This document shows, one piece after another, positions 19,644-29,092 of a stretch of DNA of 64,000 nt (position 1 is its first letter; each line of letters starts with the position of its first letter). Source of the stretch: an uncultured Verrucomicrobiota bacterium. GTDB lineage: Bacteria > Verrucomicrobiota > Verrucomicrobiia > Palsa-1439. The stretch is taken from positions 10,547-74,546 of the forward strand of contig CAIKAP010000097.1 in NCBI GenBank assembly GCA_903825435.1. The letters are read 5' to 3'. The notes under the pieces were generated by a model, which had not been told where the DNA came from, ran no database searches, and worked only from the letters and a program-made list of their open reading frames with translations. The translations under genes and the position numbers were made by a program.

Positions 19644-20425
19644 CAGAGCCAACACCCCAAGGTAAACAGTGTCCGGACTGTGGCAAGACAGTGAATACCG
19701 ACGCATCGTTGTGCCGGCACTGCGGATACATTTTCCTGCAACCCACGACTGTCATCCCACGCCCCACGGTTGCCAACCCACTGGCCCCGGCTGTCATCCC
19801 GCAACTTACCGCAGACACAGCTCTTGCTTGGAAACCTCCGTCGCAGAGCAACCGATTATGTTCAGCGATAATCGACGGCTTGGTTTGGTTTATGGTCTAC
19901 GGGGTAGTGTTTTGTCTGTTGGATTACCTCGCCCACAACGTCTTTGGCATACCGGCTCCGACTCCGAACCGACTAGCCAAGGAGGATATTGTAAGGGTTC
20001 TTTCGGGTGGGCCTGCGACACTCTGCGCCAACCTGTATCTGGCAATCGCCAATAGGAAGGGGAAGTCAATCGGGAAGGCACTCACGAGACTAAGACTCGT
20101 TGTTTTCGTGGGGCAATATCCAGCACGGCCTGGATTCGCCCGAGGACTGGTGCGGTCTGCCGTCCAATCTTTCCCGTTCTGCGGCTGCTGGGGCGTTCTA
20201 ATCTTCACCGGAGTACACGACGGCATCGCTGGGACAAAAGTAATCCAGCCTGTGAATCCCGCCGCATGGGATCGTTGGTGGGCCTGTTCTGCGTCCTCGT
20301 TGAATCCAGACGCTGTATTTCCGGACGTGCCACGCCCTCCTCGAATCGCCATCTGGAAGATCGCCTTGGCAATCTTGTTCCATCTGTTCTCTGCCATGGC
20401 CTCCATTATAGGCGGCGCAATGTGA
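19640..20425 (+). CDS. Zinc-ribbon / RDD-family membrane protein
   Basis: N-terminal CPDCG...CRHCG zinc ribbon, followed by an RDD-like membrane domain (RLCSAIIDGLVWFMVYGVVF). Confidence 0.45.
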   Translation: MTEPTPQGKQCPDCGKTVNTDASLCRHCGYIFLQPTTVIPRPTVANPLAPAVIPQLTADTALAWKPPSQSNRLCSAIIDGLVWFMVYGVVFCLLDYLAHNVFGIPAPTPNRLAKEDIVRVLSGGPATLCANLYLAIANRKGKSIGKALTRLRLVVFVGQYPARPGFARGLVRSAVQSFPFCGCWGVLIFTGVHDGIAGTKVIQPVNPAAWDRWWACSASSLNPDAVFPDVPRPPRIAIWKIALAILFHLFSAMASIIGGAM

Positions 20426-20527
20426 TTGATCGACGAAAGTAGAACGTGAGGGGATCTGCCTTTGACAAACGGAATGACTCGTTAGACTTGTCGCTGATTG
20501 TTGCGTTTGTTCCTATTCCGGTAGCGG

Positions 20528-22420
20528 CTACGGATTATTCTTTGTGTTGGCTGGATCGGTGATGGGCGGGAACCAATGTTTCTTGTCGGCGGCTTTGCCT
20601 AGCTCCGTCGTGCCGCAACGTTTGACGAGTGCTTTGTAGAAACGGTCGGCGGATTTTGGATCGCGATTCTTCAGCCACGTGCCGGCTTCGCACAAGACGC
20701 GCGCGGTATCGTCGTTGTTGTCGGGCATCAACGCGGCGGCTTCCCACGCGAGGTTGGCGGCGAGGTAGCGGTAGTGGAACCGCGCGGCTATCGTGGTCGG
20801 CGGTTCCTCGGCGCGCTGGCGTTCGGTACAGGTGACGAGGTCTTCGTACTTGAGCCGGTTGGAGGTCATCTGGACGCGGTTGGAGAGTGTCGAGCCGAGT
20901 TCGTACTGGCCTTCAACGCAATGGAAATCCGGATCGCCTTCGGTGCTGAGCAGCGTCATTCCCCACCAACGCGTCTGTCGCGCGGCCTCGAACAACGCGG
21001 CGGCGCGTTCGGCGGTGGGCTTGGCGTTGTCGCGGCCGGTGCGGAAGGCGGCGACGTATTTGTCGAACTCGGGTTGGAGCCGCTCGGCGTAGTACGGGCG
21101 CGCTTCGTCGAGCCGTCCAAGCCGGGCGAGGCGTCGGGCGAGGAGCCAGCGGATATCGACGCTGGGGTTGAATTCGTATTGATGCCGTCCGTACCAGTCG
21201 GAGTGCGGCCAGCGCTGGTCAACGTAGTGTTTGAGTTCGTCGGCGGTGAGGACGCGCTCGGCGACGTAGGCGGCGTCCCACCAGTAGTTGTTGCGAAGGA
21301 GCAGGTCGAGGGAGTCGGTGAATTGTCCGCGCGACATCTGGAGGACGGCGAGTTCGCTGGCGACTTGTTGCGGTGTGGTGTGTTCTTCGCGGGGATCAAT
21401 GTTGCCTTCAGGCAGAGTCCGATACGCGCTAGACCAATCGTCGTTGCGCGGGAACTGGCGGACGATGTTGGCGAGGAGGGCGGCGGCTTCGTTGAGCTTG
21501 CCGTCGCGGAGCAGCAGTTTGACGCGGAGCCATTGCGCGATGGGCGAATCGGCAGGGGCGCATTTCAACCAGCGCGCGGCGAGCGCGGTGTTACCGACTT
21601 GGTAAGCGGCCCATGCGAGCCGGTCGGCGCCGGTGAGTTGGAAGTTCCCGGTGGCTTCGACGGCGACGAGCCAAGCGAGCGTCTGTTCGCGCTCGCCTCG
21701 GCCGGAGACAAGGTAGGCGGTGACGACGCGGCGGAGGTTCTTGTCACGGGCGTAGCGGAGGAGGTCGGACTTGAGAACGCGCTCGGAGACGATGCGGAGC
21801 GATTGGACGGCGGTGGCGTCGCCGGTGGAGAGTTGTTGGAGGTAGAGCGCGGTGGCGCGTTCGAGGTGGTCTTGTCGGAGTTCGGCCTGCGCTTCCCAAC
21901 CGAGACTCGACGCGGCGAGGCCGAGCGTGTCGTGGAAACCGTCGGCGGCAAGCTCACGTGTGCGTCGGAACCACGGGATGGATTTTGCCGGGTCGGCGGC
22001 GAGAAGAGATTTGCCGATCATAAACGCGGCCCACGTGCTGCGGTAGCGGCGCTCGGCGGCGGGACGTTTCAGCAACACGGTCCACGCGGTGCGGGCTTCG
22101 TTGGTGTTGCCGGTGCGCCAGAGGTCGGCGCCGCGTTGGTAGTCGGCGAACTCGGCGAGCGGTTGGGAGTTGAGTTCGGCAGCGCGGCGGTCATCTTGCG
22201 CGGCGACGGCGGTGTCGTTGGATGCGGCGCGAAAATTTGTCGGAAGCCGGGGCGGTTCGAGTTCGCGGGCGAAAGTGGCGACGGGCGTGGCTTGAAGTGT
22301 CTCGGCCGGTTGGTCGAGAACGGTGTTCGGAAAAAATGGGCCGCACGCAAACGACGGCACGACGAAAAATAATGCAGCGGCACACCCGAAAAGGGCGCAG
22401 CTACTCAATCTGAGTTTCAC
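20528..22420 (-). CDS. Helical-repeat (TPR-like) lipoprotein, function unknown
   Basis: GTG start at 22420 preceded by an AAGGAG RBS. Lipoprotein-like signal LSSCALFGCAAALFF. Alpha-helical repeat composition. Confidence 0.45.
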   Translation of the reverse strand: MKLRLSSCALFGCAAALFFVVPSFACGPFFPNTVLDQPAETLQATPVATFARELEPPRLPTNFRAASNDTAVAAQDDRRAAELNSQPLAEFADYQRGADLWRTGNTNEARTAWTVLLKRPAAERRYRSTWAAFMIGKSLLAADPAKSIPWFRRTRELAADGFHDTLGLAASSLGWEAQAELRQDHLERATALYLQQLSTGDATAVQSLRIVSERVLKSDLLRYARDKNLRRVVTAYLVSGRGEREQTLAWLVAVEATGNFQLTGADRLAWAAYQVGNTALAARWLKCAPADSPIAQWLRVKLLLRDGKLNEAAALLANIVRQFPRNDDWSSAYRTLPEGNIDPREEHTTPQQVASELAVLQMSRGQFTDSLDLLLRNNYWWDAAYVAERVLTADELKHYVDQRWPHSDWYGRHQYEFNPSVDIRWLLARRLARLGRLDEARPYYAERLQPEFDKYVAAFRTGRDNAKPTAERAAALFEAARQTRWWGMTLLSTEGDPDFHCVEGQYELGSTLSNRVQMTSNRLKYEDLVTCTERQRAEEPPTTIAARFHYRYLAANLAWEAAALMPDNNDDTARVLCEAGTWLKNRDPKSADRFYKALVKRCGTTELGKAADKKHWFPPITDPANTKNNP

Positions 22421-23483
22421 AAACGATCTCCTTGTTGTCGCGGAAACGGAGCCAGCCGATGTTGCGGCGCTGGCCAGGTGCGAGTCGCGGGTTCCCCAAG
22501 AACCGCGTCGCGTTCGTTTCGTTGACGGAGACGTTTGTATCAAAACCGGCGAGCGCATCGCAAGCCAAAAGCGCAGCGTCGCGCGCGCGCCAGCGGACGA
22601 CGACGGTGGTTTTAGTAAAAGCGTCGGCGTCGCCGCGGTTGAGGAGATCAATTTCGACCAAGCTGGGCTGCGTCTGGCGCGTTTCGGCGGCGAGCGAAGG
22701 TTGCGGCGTGCGGCCCGCGATGACGGCGGCGAGGGTCGGCCAACGCCAATTTAATTTGTCGTTGTCGGTCGGGAGCCGGTACCAGATGAAGCCGGTAAGG
22801 TTCGTCGGCGGGGCGGTGGTGAGATCGCGGACGAGCGCAGCGAGTGCGATGGGATCGGCGTGCAGGCCGATGGGATGGCCGTAGGTCGGAAGTGCGACGC
22901 GGAACGGTTTGCCGAAGCGTGAGGCTTGCGCGATGGCGCGGCGGGCGGCGTCGGTGTCGCAGAGTGTGCGGGTGTTGGCGTCGATGGAGTGGACTTGGAG
23001 GACGAAGCCGTCGGTGGCGGCGACGAGCCGTCGGAATTCGGTTTCGTGCCGGAGCCAGCACGGGAGCACGGTGATGGTAAACGGCGTCGGTGCGATGGCA
23101 TCACGAAGCGGGGCGAGCCACTTGCGGTAGGTGTCGAGCTTGGATTCAGGCGAGTCGAAGTCGATTTGAAGCTCGGCGGGTGTGAGGCCGTGGGCACGAG
23201 CGGCGGCGAGGATGTTGGTGGCGAGTGTGACAGTGATGGTGGCGGAGGCGTTTGCTCGGAGCGCGAGTCCGATGGATTTTCCGGTAGCGCGGAGTGCGGC
23301 GTAGTCGGGTGTGATGGTGACAGTGCGTTCGCCGGAGACTTCGGCGTTGAGGAAGACGAAGCGGTCGAGCGTGGGCGCGGTGTTGGTGACGGCGCGGGTG
23401 ACAGCGTCGTCCCAATTGTGCTGCCAGATGTAAGCTTGGTGTGGCAAAGCGGTGGCGAAGAGAACGGCTACGAGCAGATGCAT
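22401..23483 (-). CDS. Secreted DUF3142-family protein
   Basis: Signal peptide. DUF3142 pattern (FDSPESKL...WLR.ETEF). Confidence 0.45.
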   Translation of the reverse strand: MHLLVAVLFATALPHQAYIWQHNWDDAVTRAVTNTAPTLDRFVFLNAEVSGERTVTITPDYAALRATGKSIGLALRANASATITVTLATNILAAARAHGLTPAELQIDFDSPESKLDTYRKWLAPLRDAIAPTPFTITVLPCWLRHETEFRRLVAATDGFVLQVHSIDANTRTLCDTDAARRAIAQASRFGKPFRVALPTYGHPIGLHADPIALAALVRDLTTAPPTNLTGFIWYRLPTDNDKLNWRWPTLAAVIAGRTPQPSLAAETRQTQPSLVEIDLLNRGDADAFTKTTVVVRWRARDAALLACDALAGFDTNVSVNETNATRFLGNPRLAPGQRRNIGWLRFRDNKEIVCETQIE

Positions 23484-23547
23484 GAGGAGTTTTTATCACG
23501 AAGCTGGTTGGTTGCAAAGGATGGGGCAGGCGAGTACGATACGCAAT

Positions 23548-24180
23548 ATGAAAGATTTGATGACAAAATTGAGGAAGTCGTTTTTTGCCGGACTGCTGGT
23601 AGTACTGCCGGTAGCGGCGTCGGTGCTGATTTTGATCGGGCTGTTTACTTGGGTGACGGACTTCATGTTGCCGCCGGTATTGCAGGACAAGATGTTGACG
23701 CCGGTGTATCGGGTGGCGGCGTTCGTGTTGTTTGTGGGGTTCACGATTTTGGTGGGGTGGGTGACACGGTTGGTGATTGGGAAACGGATGGTGAGTTTGA
23801 GCGAGGAGATCATCGGTCGAGTGCCAGTGTTGAATCGAACATACGGGTTCATCAAGGAGATTAGCCAGACGTTTTTGGGTGGACGGAAGACGATGTTTCA
23901 GCGGGTGGTGCTGGTGGAGTTTCCAAAGGAAGGGATGTACGCGATTGGGTTTGTGACGAGCGAGACGGGTGGTGAGGCGCAGGCGAAGACGAAGGAGCAA
24001 GTGGTGAATGTGTTCGTGCCGACAACGCCGAATCCGACGAGCGGATTTCTGTTGTTGGTGCCGCAGGAGAAAGTGATTGCGTTGGAGATGAGCGTGGGGG
24101 ATGGGATGAAGATGGTGATTTCTGGCGGAAGTGTGGTGCCGCTGTGGCCAGTGGTGGGTGAGGCAGGTAATGGACGTTGA
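23548..24180 (+). CDS. DUF502-family membrane protein
   Basis: LRKSFFAGLLVVLPVAASVLIL...PTTPNPTSGFLLLVP matches the DUF502 pattern. Confidence 0.6.
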   Translation: MKDLMTKLRKSFFAGLLVVLPVAASVLILIGLFTWVTDFMLPPVLQDKMLTPVYRVAAFVLFVGFTILVGWVTRLVIGKRMVSLSEEIIGRVPVLNRTYGFIKEISQTFLGGRKTMFQRVVLVEFPKEGMYAIGFVTSETGGEAQAKTKEQVVNVFVPTTPNPTSGFLLLVPQEKVIALEMSVGDGMKMVISGGSVVPLWPVVGEAGNGR

Positions 24181-24811
24181 GCGGGCGGAAGGGATCGTGT
24201 TGCGGTGCCAGCCAGTTATGGAGTCGAGCTTGATTGTGACGTGGTTCACGCGGGAGTTTGGGAAGTTGAAGACGCTGGCGAAGGGGGCGCGTCGGGCGAA
24301 GAGTCCGATGCGGGGGAAGCTGGATTTGTTTTACCGGGACGAATTTTTGTTTCTACGGTCGAAGCGGAGTGATCTGCATTTGTTGCACGAGTGTTTTTTG
24401 GAGGAGCCGCACGTGGCGATGCGGGAGTCGCTGGGGCGCGTGGCGTCGGCGTCGTTTGTGTGCGAGTTGGTGGAGTTGGCGATGGCGGTGGAGGATGCGA
24501 ATCTGAAGGTGTTCGATTTACTGGAGCAGGGGTTAGAAGGGGTCGGGAGGGATGTGGGGGCAGCGGCGGTGATTTGGTTCGAGTTGCAGTTATTGGCGGC
24601 ATGTGGCTGGGCGCCGCAGTGGCGAGATACGGGCGGGACGAATCGGATGTTGCAGTCGCTGGCGGCGGCGAACTGGGCGACGGTGCAACGGGTACAGTTA
24701 AGTGCGCCGCAGGTGGGGGAGACGCAGGAGAGGTTGGGGCATTTTTGGGAGGAAGAGGTGGGACGGCTTCCGCGCTCGGGGCGGTGGTTGATGGCGAAAA
24801 ACAGCGGTTGA
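24170..24811 (+). CDS. recO: DNA repair protein RecO
   Basis: N-terminal OB fold GIVLR...ESSLIVTWFTREFGKL; RecO-like overall. Confidence 0.8.
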   Translation: MDVERAEGIVLRCQPVMESSLIVTWFTREFGKLKTLAKGARRAKSPMRGKLDLFYRDEFLFLRSKRSDLHLLHECFLEEPHVAMRESLGRVASASFVCELVELAMAVEDANLKVFDLLEQGLEGVGRDVGAAAVIWFELQLLAACGWAPQWRDTGGTNRMLQSLAAANWATVQRVQLSAPQVGETQERLGHFWEEEVGRLPRSGRWLMAKNSG

Positions 24812-24998
24812 CCGCAGAGGTGGTGGCAACTATTATGGGATGTAGGTAACGAGAGGTCGTCTCGCGGTGAGAGGCGGCGAGTAGGTGAGCCGCAGGGTGT
24901 CGAGACGAATGATGACATAGGTTATAGAGAAGCAGAGAAGTGTGCCTGCAAGGCTGACCTGTAGAGATCAACCAATAAGATGAGGAGCAAGAAGAGTC

Positions 24999-26891
24999 AT
25001 GGCTATAAAACAAATTGAGTTTCCTACCCACGAACGTCCGCATACGGAGACTCCGGTGCTACCGATGTTCATAATCGCAATTGCGTTTACCGTCGGCTGG
25101 TTCCTTCTGTTATTTTTCACACCTGTCACCGACGGCAATTTCCTGCGTGACCTGTTCCTTGGTGCAGAACGCAAAGGGGGACAGGTGGTGAAGAGCTTCA
25201 TGACCGAACGTCTGATCTTCCAAGGGATGATTACCTTCGTGTGGGCATTGTCCACGGCGACGATCGTTCTGAAGATGCTGCGTACCAAGCGGGAGCGTGC
25301 GTCGTTGGATCCGGATACTATTCCTGAGAATTTGGATTATCGTAATAAAGAGCAGTGCATTGAAGTGTATGAGCAGATCAAAAGCCGTCCGGATATGGTG
25401 GACAGTTTAGGGCTGACGCGAGTGGTGCGAGTGTTGGGAATGTGGATTAACTCGGAGGATTTTGAGCGGACAGCTCAGTACGCGCGGGAACAGGCTGACT
25501 TGGATGCGCAGGCTTCTGACGCCTCATATCGGCGTAATCGTCTGTTCATTTGGGCGATGCCCCTGTTGGGATTCGTCGGCACGGTGTTCGGCGTGGCGGC
25601 GGGCATTTCGGGTTTCTCGGCGTTCTTGAGCGGAGCCAACGTCACCCCTGAACAGATCAAGGAGCAAGTTGGTAAGATTACCACAGGTCTGGCGGTGGCG
25701 TTCTATTGTACCCTGCTGGGCCTGGTCGCCGCCGGTTTGGCGGCGTTCCCTAGTTTGATGGCGGAACGACGGGAGGAAGACTCCCTCAGCGAAATCGAGG
25801 AATATGTCCAGGACCGGATGATTTGCAAGATGCCGTCGGGCGAAAAAGAGGAACGGAAACTGGCCGAAGATATCGCCGCTGCTGTATGCCAGGGGATGGA
25901 AGGGGCGACCATGAAACAGCAGTTCCCCATCGAAGAACTTGCACAAGCGATTGACGCGGGGTTCCGTCGATTGCCAAATCCCGACCGGTACGAAGAAGTG
26001 TTCTCGCGGGCCATCAGCAAGGCCGGTGACCTGATTAACCAAAAGTACGACGAGTTTGCGCAGAACTATGAGCGGCGCGTTAGCGAGCTGGGATCGCAGC
26101 TTGGCGGTAAGCTGGAAGGTGTAGCTAACTCGTTCAACAGCGGTTCCCAACAACTCGCCGCGCAGATTGGTAGCAAGTTGGAAGGTGTTGGCAATGCCTT
26201 CAATATGGGCACCCAGCGCCTGGCCCAGCAACTCACTGAGCAGACGCAGAAGCTTGGCCAGACATTGACGGAAGTGGAGGGCCGTCAGACCGAACGCATG
26301 GACGGCATCGTGGACGAGATGAAACGGCTGGCCACACAGATGCCCGACGAATTCCGCAAGGCGCAGGAACGGTACCTGGAACTACAGGCGAAGACCGAGC
26401 AGAAGACGATCGACCGGTTCGAGGAGTTGACGGAGCAGATCACCACCGCGGGCAAGGAACAATCGGAACAATTCGCTGAGGCCCACGAGAAGTATCTGGA
26501 CGCTATCAACGACCTCGACAAGAAGGAAATCGCCCGGTGGGAGAAGATGGTGGGAGATTTCAACAAGCTGGCAGGGCAACTGGGAGACGCGTTCAAGCAG
26601 TCCGTCGCTTCGATGGATTCCGCATCGGGCCGCTACAGCGAGCGGATCCAAGCCTCCGTGGAATCGCTTAACGAACAGCTCGAATCGATCCAGAAAGTGG
26701 GCACCGAAATCGACAAGGTGTTGCGCACGACCCAGTCAGTGGAAGCCACATTGCGGCAGGTGGGCAGTTCCGACGAGTTCCGCCAGACGCTGGCGAACCT
26801 GCGGACGCACTTGACGACCAGCGACGAGCTGCTGAAGCAGTTGTCGCGACCGCGCAAGGTGGTGTTCCAGGAATCGCGCGCGGAAGAATAG
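24999..26891 (+). CDS. MotA/TolQ/ExbB-family proton-channel protein with a roughly 370-aa C-terminal coiled-coil tail (ZorA-like architecture)
   Basis: Four predicted TM helices. The conserved TM3-TM4 hairpin MPLLGFVGTVFGVAAGISGF / ITTGLAVAFYCTLLGLVAAGLAAFP matches ExbB/TolQ/MotA (PLLGLLGTVxG...ALxxTxxGLxxAIP). Residues about 260-630 are heptad-rich and Gln/Glu/Lys-rich (coiled coil with internal repeats LGxKLEGVxNxFNxGxQxLAxQ). Confidence 0.8.
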   Translation: MAIKQIEFPTHERPHTETPVLPMFIIAIAFTVGWFLLLFFTPVTDGNFLRDLFLGAERKGGQVVKSFMTERLIFQGMITFVWALSTATIVLKMLRTKRERASLDPDTIPENLDYRNKEQCIEVYEQIKSRPDMVDSLGLTRVVRVLGMWINSEDFERTAQYAREQADLDAQASDASYRRNRLFIWAMPLLGFVGTVFGVAAGISGFSAFLSGANVTPEQIKEQVGKITTGLAVAFYCTLLGLVAAGLAAFPSLMAERREEDSLSEIEEYVQDRMICKMPSGEKEERKLAEDIAAAVCQGMEGATMKQQFPIEELAQAIDAGFRRLPNPDRYEEVFSRAISKAGDLINQKYDEFAQNYERRVSELGSQLGGKLEGVANSFNSGSQQLAAQIGSKLEGVGNAFNMGTQRLAQQLTEQTQKLGQTLTEVEGRQTERMDGIVDEMKRLATQMPDEFRKAQERYLELQAKTEQKTIDRFEELTEQITTAGKEQSEQFAEAHEKYLDAINDLDKKEIARWEKMVGDFNKLAGQLGDAFKQSVASMDSASGRYSERIQASVESLNEQLESIQKVGTEIDKVLRTTQSVEATLRQVGSSDEFRQTLANLRTHLTTSDELLKQLSRPRKVVFQESRAEE

Positions 26892-26917
26892 ACCGGAAAA
26901 GATATTAAGGCGGTTGT

Positions 26918-27412
26918 ATGGCCAGACGCAAAGCCTACGAGAAGATTAGCATCGACGTTGAGCCGTTCCTGTCCATCATGGCGATCGTGTTGAAGCTGAT
27001 TTCCCTGATTCTCGTGGTTATCGTTATGCGTATTGCCATGAATCCCAAGGCCAAGCGGATCATTTCGCTGAACCTTTGGTCGGGCAAGGGCAACGTGGCA
27101 ACTATGAAAACGCCCACCTATTTTGATTGCCATACGGACTACGTGACGATCTATCCCGGTAACACCAGGGTGACTTGGGATGACCTACAGCGGCCTGCCA
27201 ATCTCATCGAGAAGAGTCTCGACAAAGTGCAAGATAACCGAGCCGAGGAGTATGTTGTGGTAATGGCTCGCCCAAAATCCATCAAGCTGTATCGGACCAT
27301 TCGCAGGCTGATCGGCAAACGGCCGATTGACGTCGGCTACGATGCAGTGGACGCCGACTTCGAGGTCAACTGGGACGAGGCCCGCAAGGCCTTGGCCGTC
27401 AAGGAGGATTAA
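26918..27412 (+). CDS. ExbD/TolR-like single-TM protein
   Basis: N-terminal ISIDVEPFLSIMAIVLKLISLILVV resembles the ExbD/TolR TM (INVTPFIDVMLVLLIIF). The periplasmic domain has the ExbD-like pattern (EEYVVVMARPKSIKLYRTIRRLIG). Confidence 0.6.
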   Translation: MARRKAYEKISIDVEPFLSIMAIVLKLISLILVVIVMRIAMNPKAKRIISLNLWSGKGNVATMKTPTYFDCHTDYVTIYPGNTRVTWDDLQRPANLIEKSLDKVQDNRAEEYVVVMARPKSIKLYRTIRRLIGKRPIDVGYDAVDADFEVNWDEARKALAVKED

Positions 27413-27418
27413 CCTTGC

Positions 27419-28054
27419 ATGGCTAAGCGTATCAAAAAAGGTGAACCTGAAATGCTGATAGTGTCGTTTTGCGACATTGTCACCATCACTACCGCTGCCA
27501 TGTTCTTTGCCATGTTGATCACTGTGCAAGAGGCGGTGAAGATTCCTGTGTTTCGCCCGACACCCCGCTCGATTCCGACCGACAAACAGGCCGTGTTCTT
27601 CGAGTGCCGCAACAACGAGTTGTTTATCGTTGACAAGGCGCGCTTGGACGACCAGGTGGCCGACCTGCTCAACTCCGTCAGCCCCGGCGTCAGAGGTGGC
27701 GATCTTACTGGCTTCCTCAAGGCGCTTCAGGGACGGCCGATAACCAACCAGTACTACCGCCTCAATCCTAGCTATCTCCTGACAGCCATCGTGGCGTTAG
27801 AACCCGCGCCCTACGTACCGGGAGAGAGTATGGAAGGGGTGGATCGTCCCAACGGTAAGTATCAGTACATCCTCACGCAGTTAGACCTCAAGAAACAGTA
27901 TGTTGCATTTCTAGTGCGCGATGATAGTTTCCAGATGTTCCGCAAAGCGCGTCAAGTGGCCGACAAGTACGGGTTCGACACCGGCTGGGAATTGCTAGGG
28001 ATTGATGAGCCGATCAAGTTTGGCACCGGCGGACAAAGTGTGACTGTGCAGTAG
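27419..28054 (+). CDS. ExbD/TolR-like single-TM protein, second paralog with the conserved TM Asp
   Basis: The TM LIVSFCDIVTITTAAMFFAMLI has the Asp at the ExbD D25-equivalent position. The periplasmic QYVAFLVRDDSFQMFRKARQVADKYGF is ExbD-like. Confidence 0.6.
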   Translation: MAKRIKKGEPEMLIVSFCDIVTITTAAMFFAMLITVQEAVKIPVFRPTPRSIPTDKQAVFFECRNNELFIVDKARLDDQVADLLNSVSPGVRGGDLTGFLKALQGRPITNQYYRLNPSYLLTAIVALEPAPYVPGESMEGVDRPNGKYQYILTQLDLKKQYVAFLVRDDSFQMFRKARQVADKYGFDTGWELLGIDEPIKFGTGGQSVTVQ

Positions 28055-28063
28055 GAAGTTGTC

Positions 28064-29092
28064 ATGGCAGCACGCAGTAGAAAGTCCGGTGGACATAAAA
28101 GTGCCCGCATTAGCATCTGGGTGTGGGCACTATTGGTGATTCTGTTAATTACCGGCGGTGGCCTTGCGCTCAACGTCTCGCAGCGCTATCGCCGTGTGGC
28201 GCAGGAAACCAACCAACTGCGCAATGTCGTCCAAGACGCTGCTAGTCGCCAAGAGATAATCTTTAAGACTCCCGCCCGCAAGGAGTTCTCCGCGGCGTTT
28301 CTTCAAATGGCCTTTGGCGACAACCCCCCATTGCTTGAACAAATTAAGGAAGCTCTCGGCCACGCCGTCGGCACCGAACAGACTCTGACTTCCGGTGACG
28401 TCGCGATGATGTTGGTCACCTATCGGTCCGAGGGAGAGTTGCGGGATGTGGCTATCCAGGTATTCGGCAACCTAACCCCTTCCTATCTGCCGCGCTTCAG
28501 CACAGACGGCTTCTGGCGCGGCCAACTGAACGACCAATTCTTCAGCATGGGACAGATGGGATTGTCATTGCTGGGCCGAGAGGTGTTGATCCTCGCTAAC
28601 AAGGAGGTGGAGAAACGGCAGCGTGAATTGTTCGAAGCAGGCTTCGGCGGTGAGTATCCCGTCATACGGGACTATTTTCACGACCCGGTCTCATTCATTG
28701 CTGTGCTGCCAGACCCGGGTAAGTTATTCACCGAAGAGTTCCGTCCTTACATCGCTGTCGCTCTGATCAAGGGCAAGGCATCGATGGAGAGTTTTCGTTT
28801 TGAATTGGTCGCCCTGAGTTATGATCCCCAGAAGGCGCGAGAACTGGCACAGATGTTTTCGGACATGCGGATGATGGCCTTGGGGTTGGGCCGGCTGCGA
28901 AGCGGCGGGTATCACAGCTCCACAGCGGGACTGGATGCGTTAAGCAAGGTACAGATCCGAGTGGATGGCCCCACAGTGGTGGCGAACATGATGTTGCCTA
29001 GGGAGTTCCTTGAACAAGCTTTGCCGCGGTTTGCTAGCACCCTTTCAAGGGGTGTCGGACGCATCAAACGCGGACCGGGATATCCGCAGTGA
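28064..29092 (+). CDS. Membrane-anchored hypothetical protein, in the same operon
   Basis: N-terminal basic segment plus one TM (ISIWVWALLVILLITGGGLAL). 5-bp gap to the upstream gene; 4-bp overlap with the downstream gene. Confidence 0.5.
   Translation: MAARSRKSGGHKSARISIWVWALLVILLITGGGLALNVSQRYRRVAQETNQLRNVVQDAASRQEIIFKTPARKEFSAAFLQMAFGDNPPLLEQIKEALGHAVGTEQTLTSGDVAMMLVTYRSEGELRDVAIQVFGNLTPSYLPRFSTDGFWRGQLNDQFFSMGQMGLSLLGREVLILANKEVEKRQRELFEAGFGGEYPVIRDYFHDPVSFIAVLPDPGKLFTEEFRPYIAVALIKGKASMESFRFELVALSYDPQKARELAQMFSDMRMMALGLGRLRSGGYHSSTAGLDALSKVQIRVDGPTVVANMMLPREFLEQALPRFASTLSRGVGRIKRGPGYPQ

Noticed and set aside
20774-22372. 532-aa plus-strand ORF
   Set aside because: Antisense to the 20528-22420 lipoprotein gene; Gly/Glu/Val-rich.
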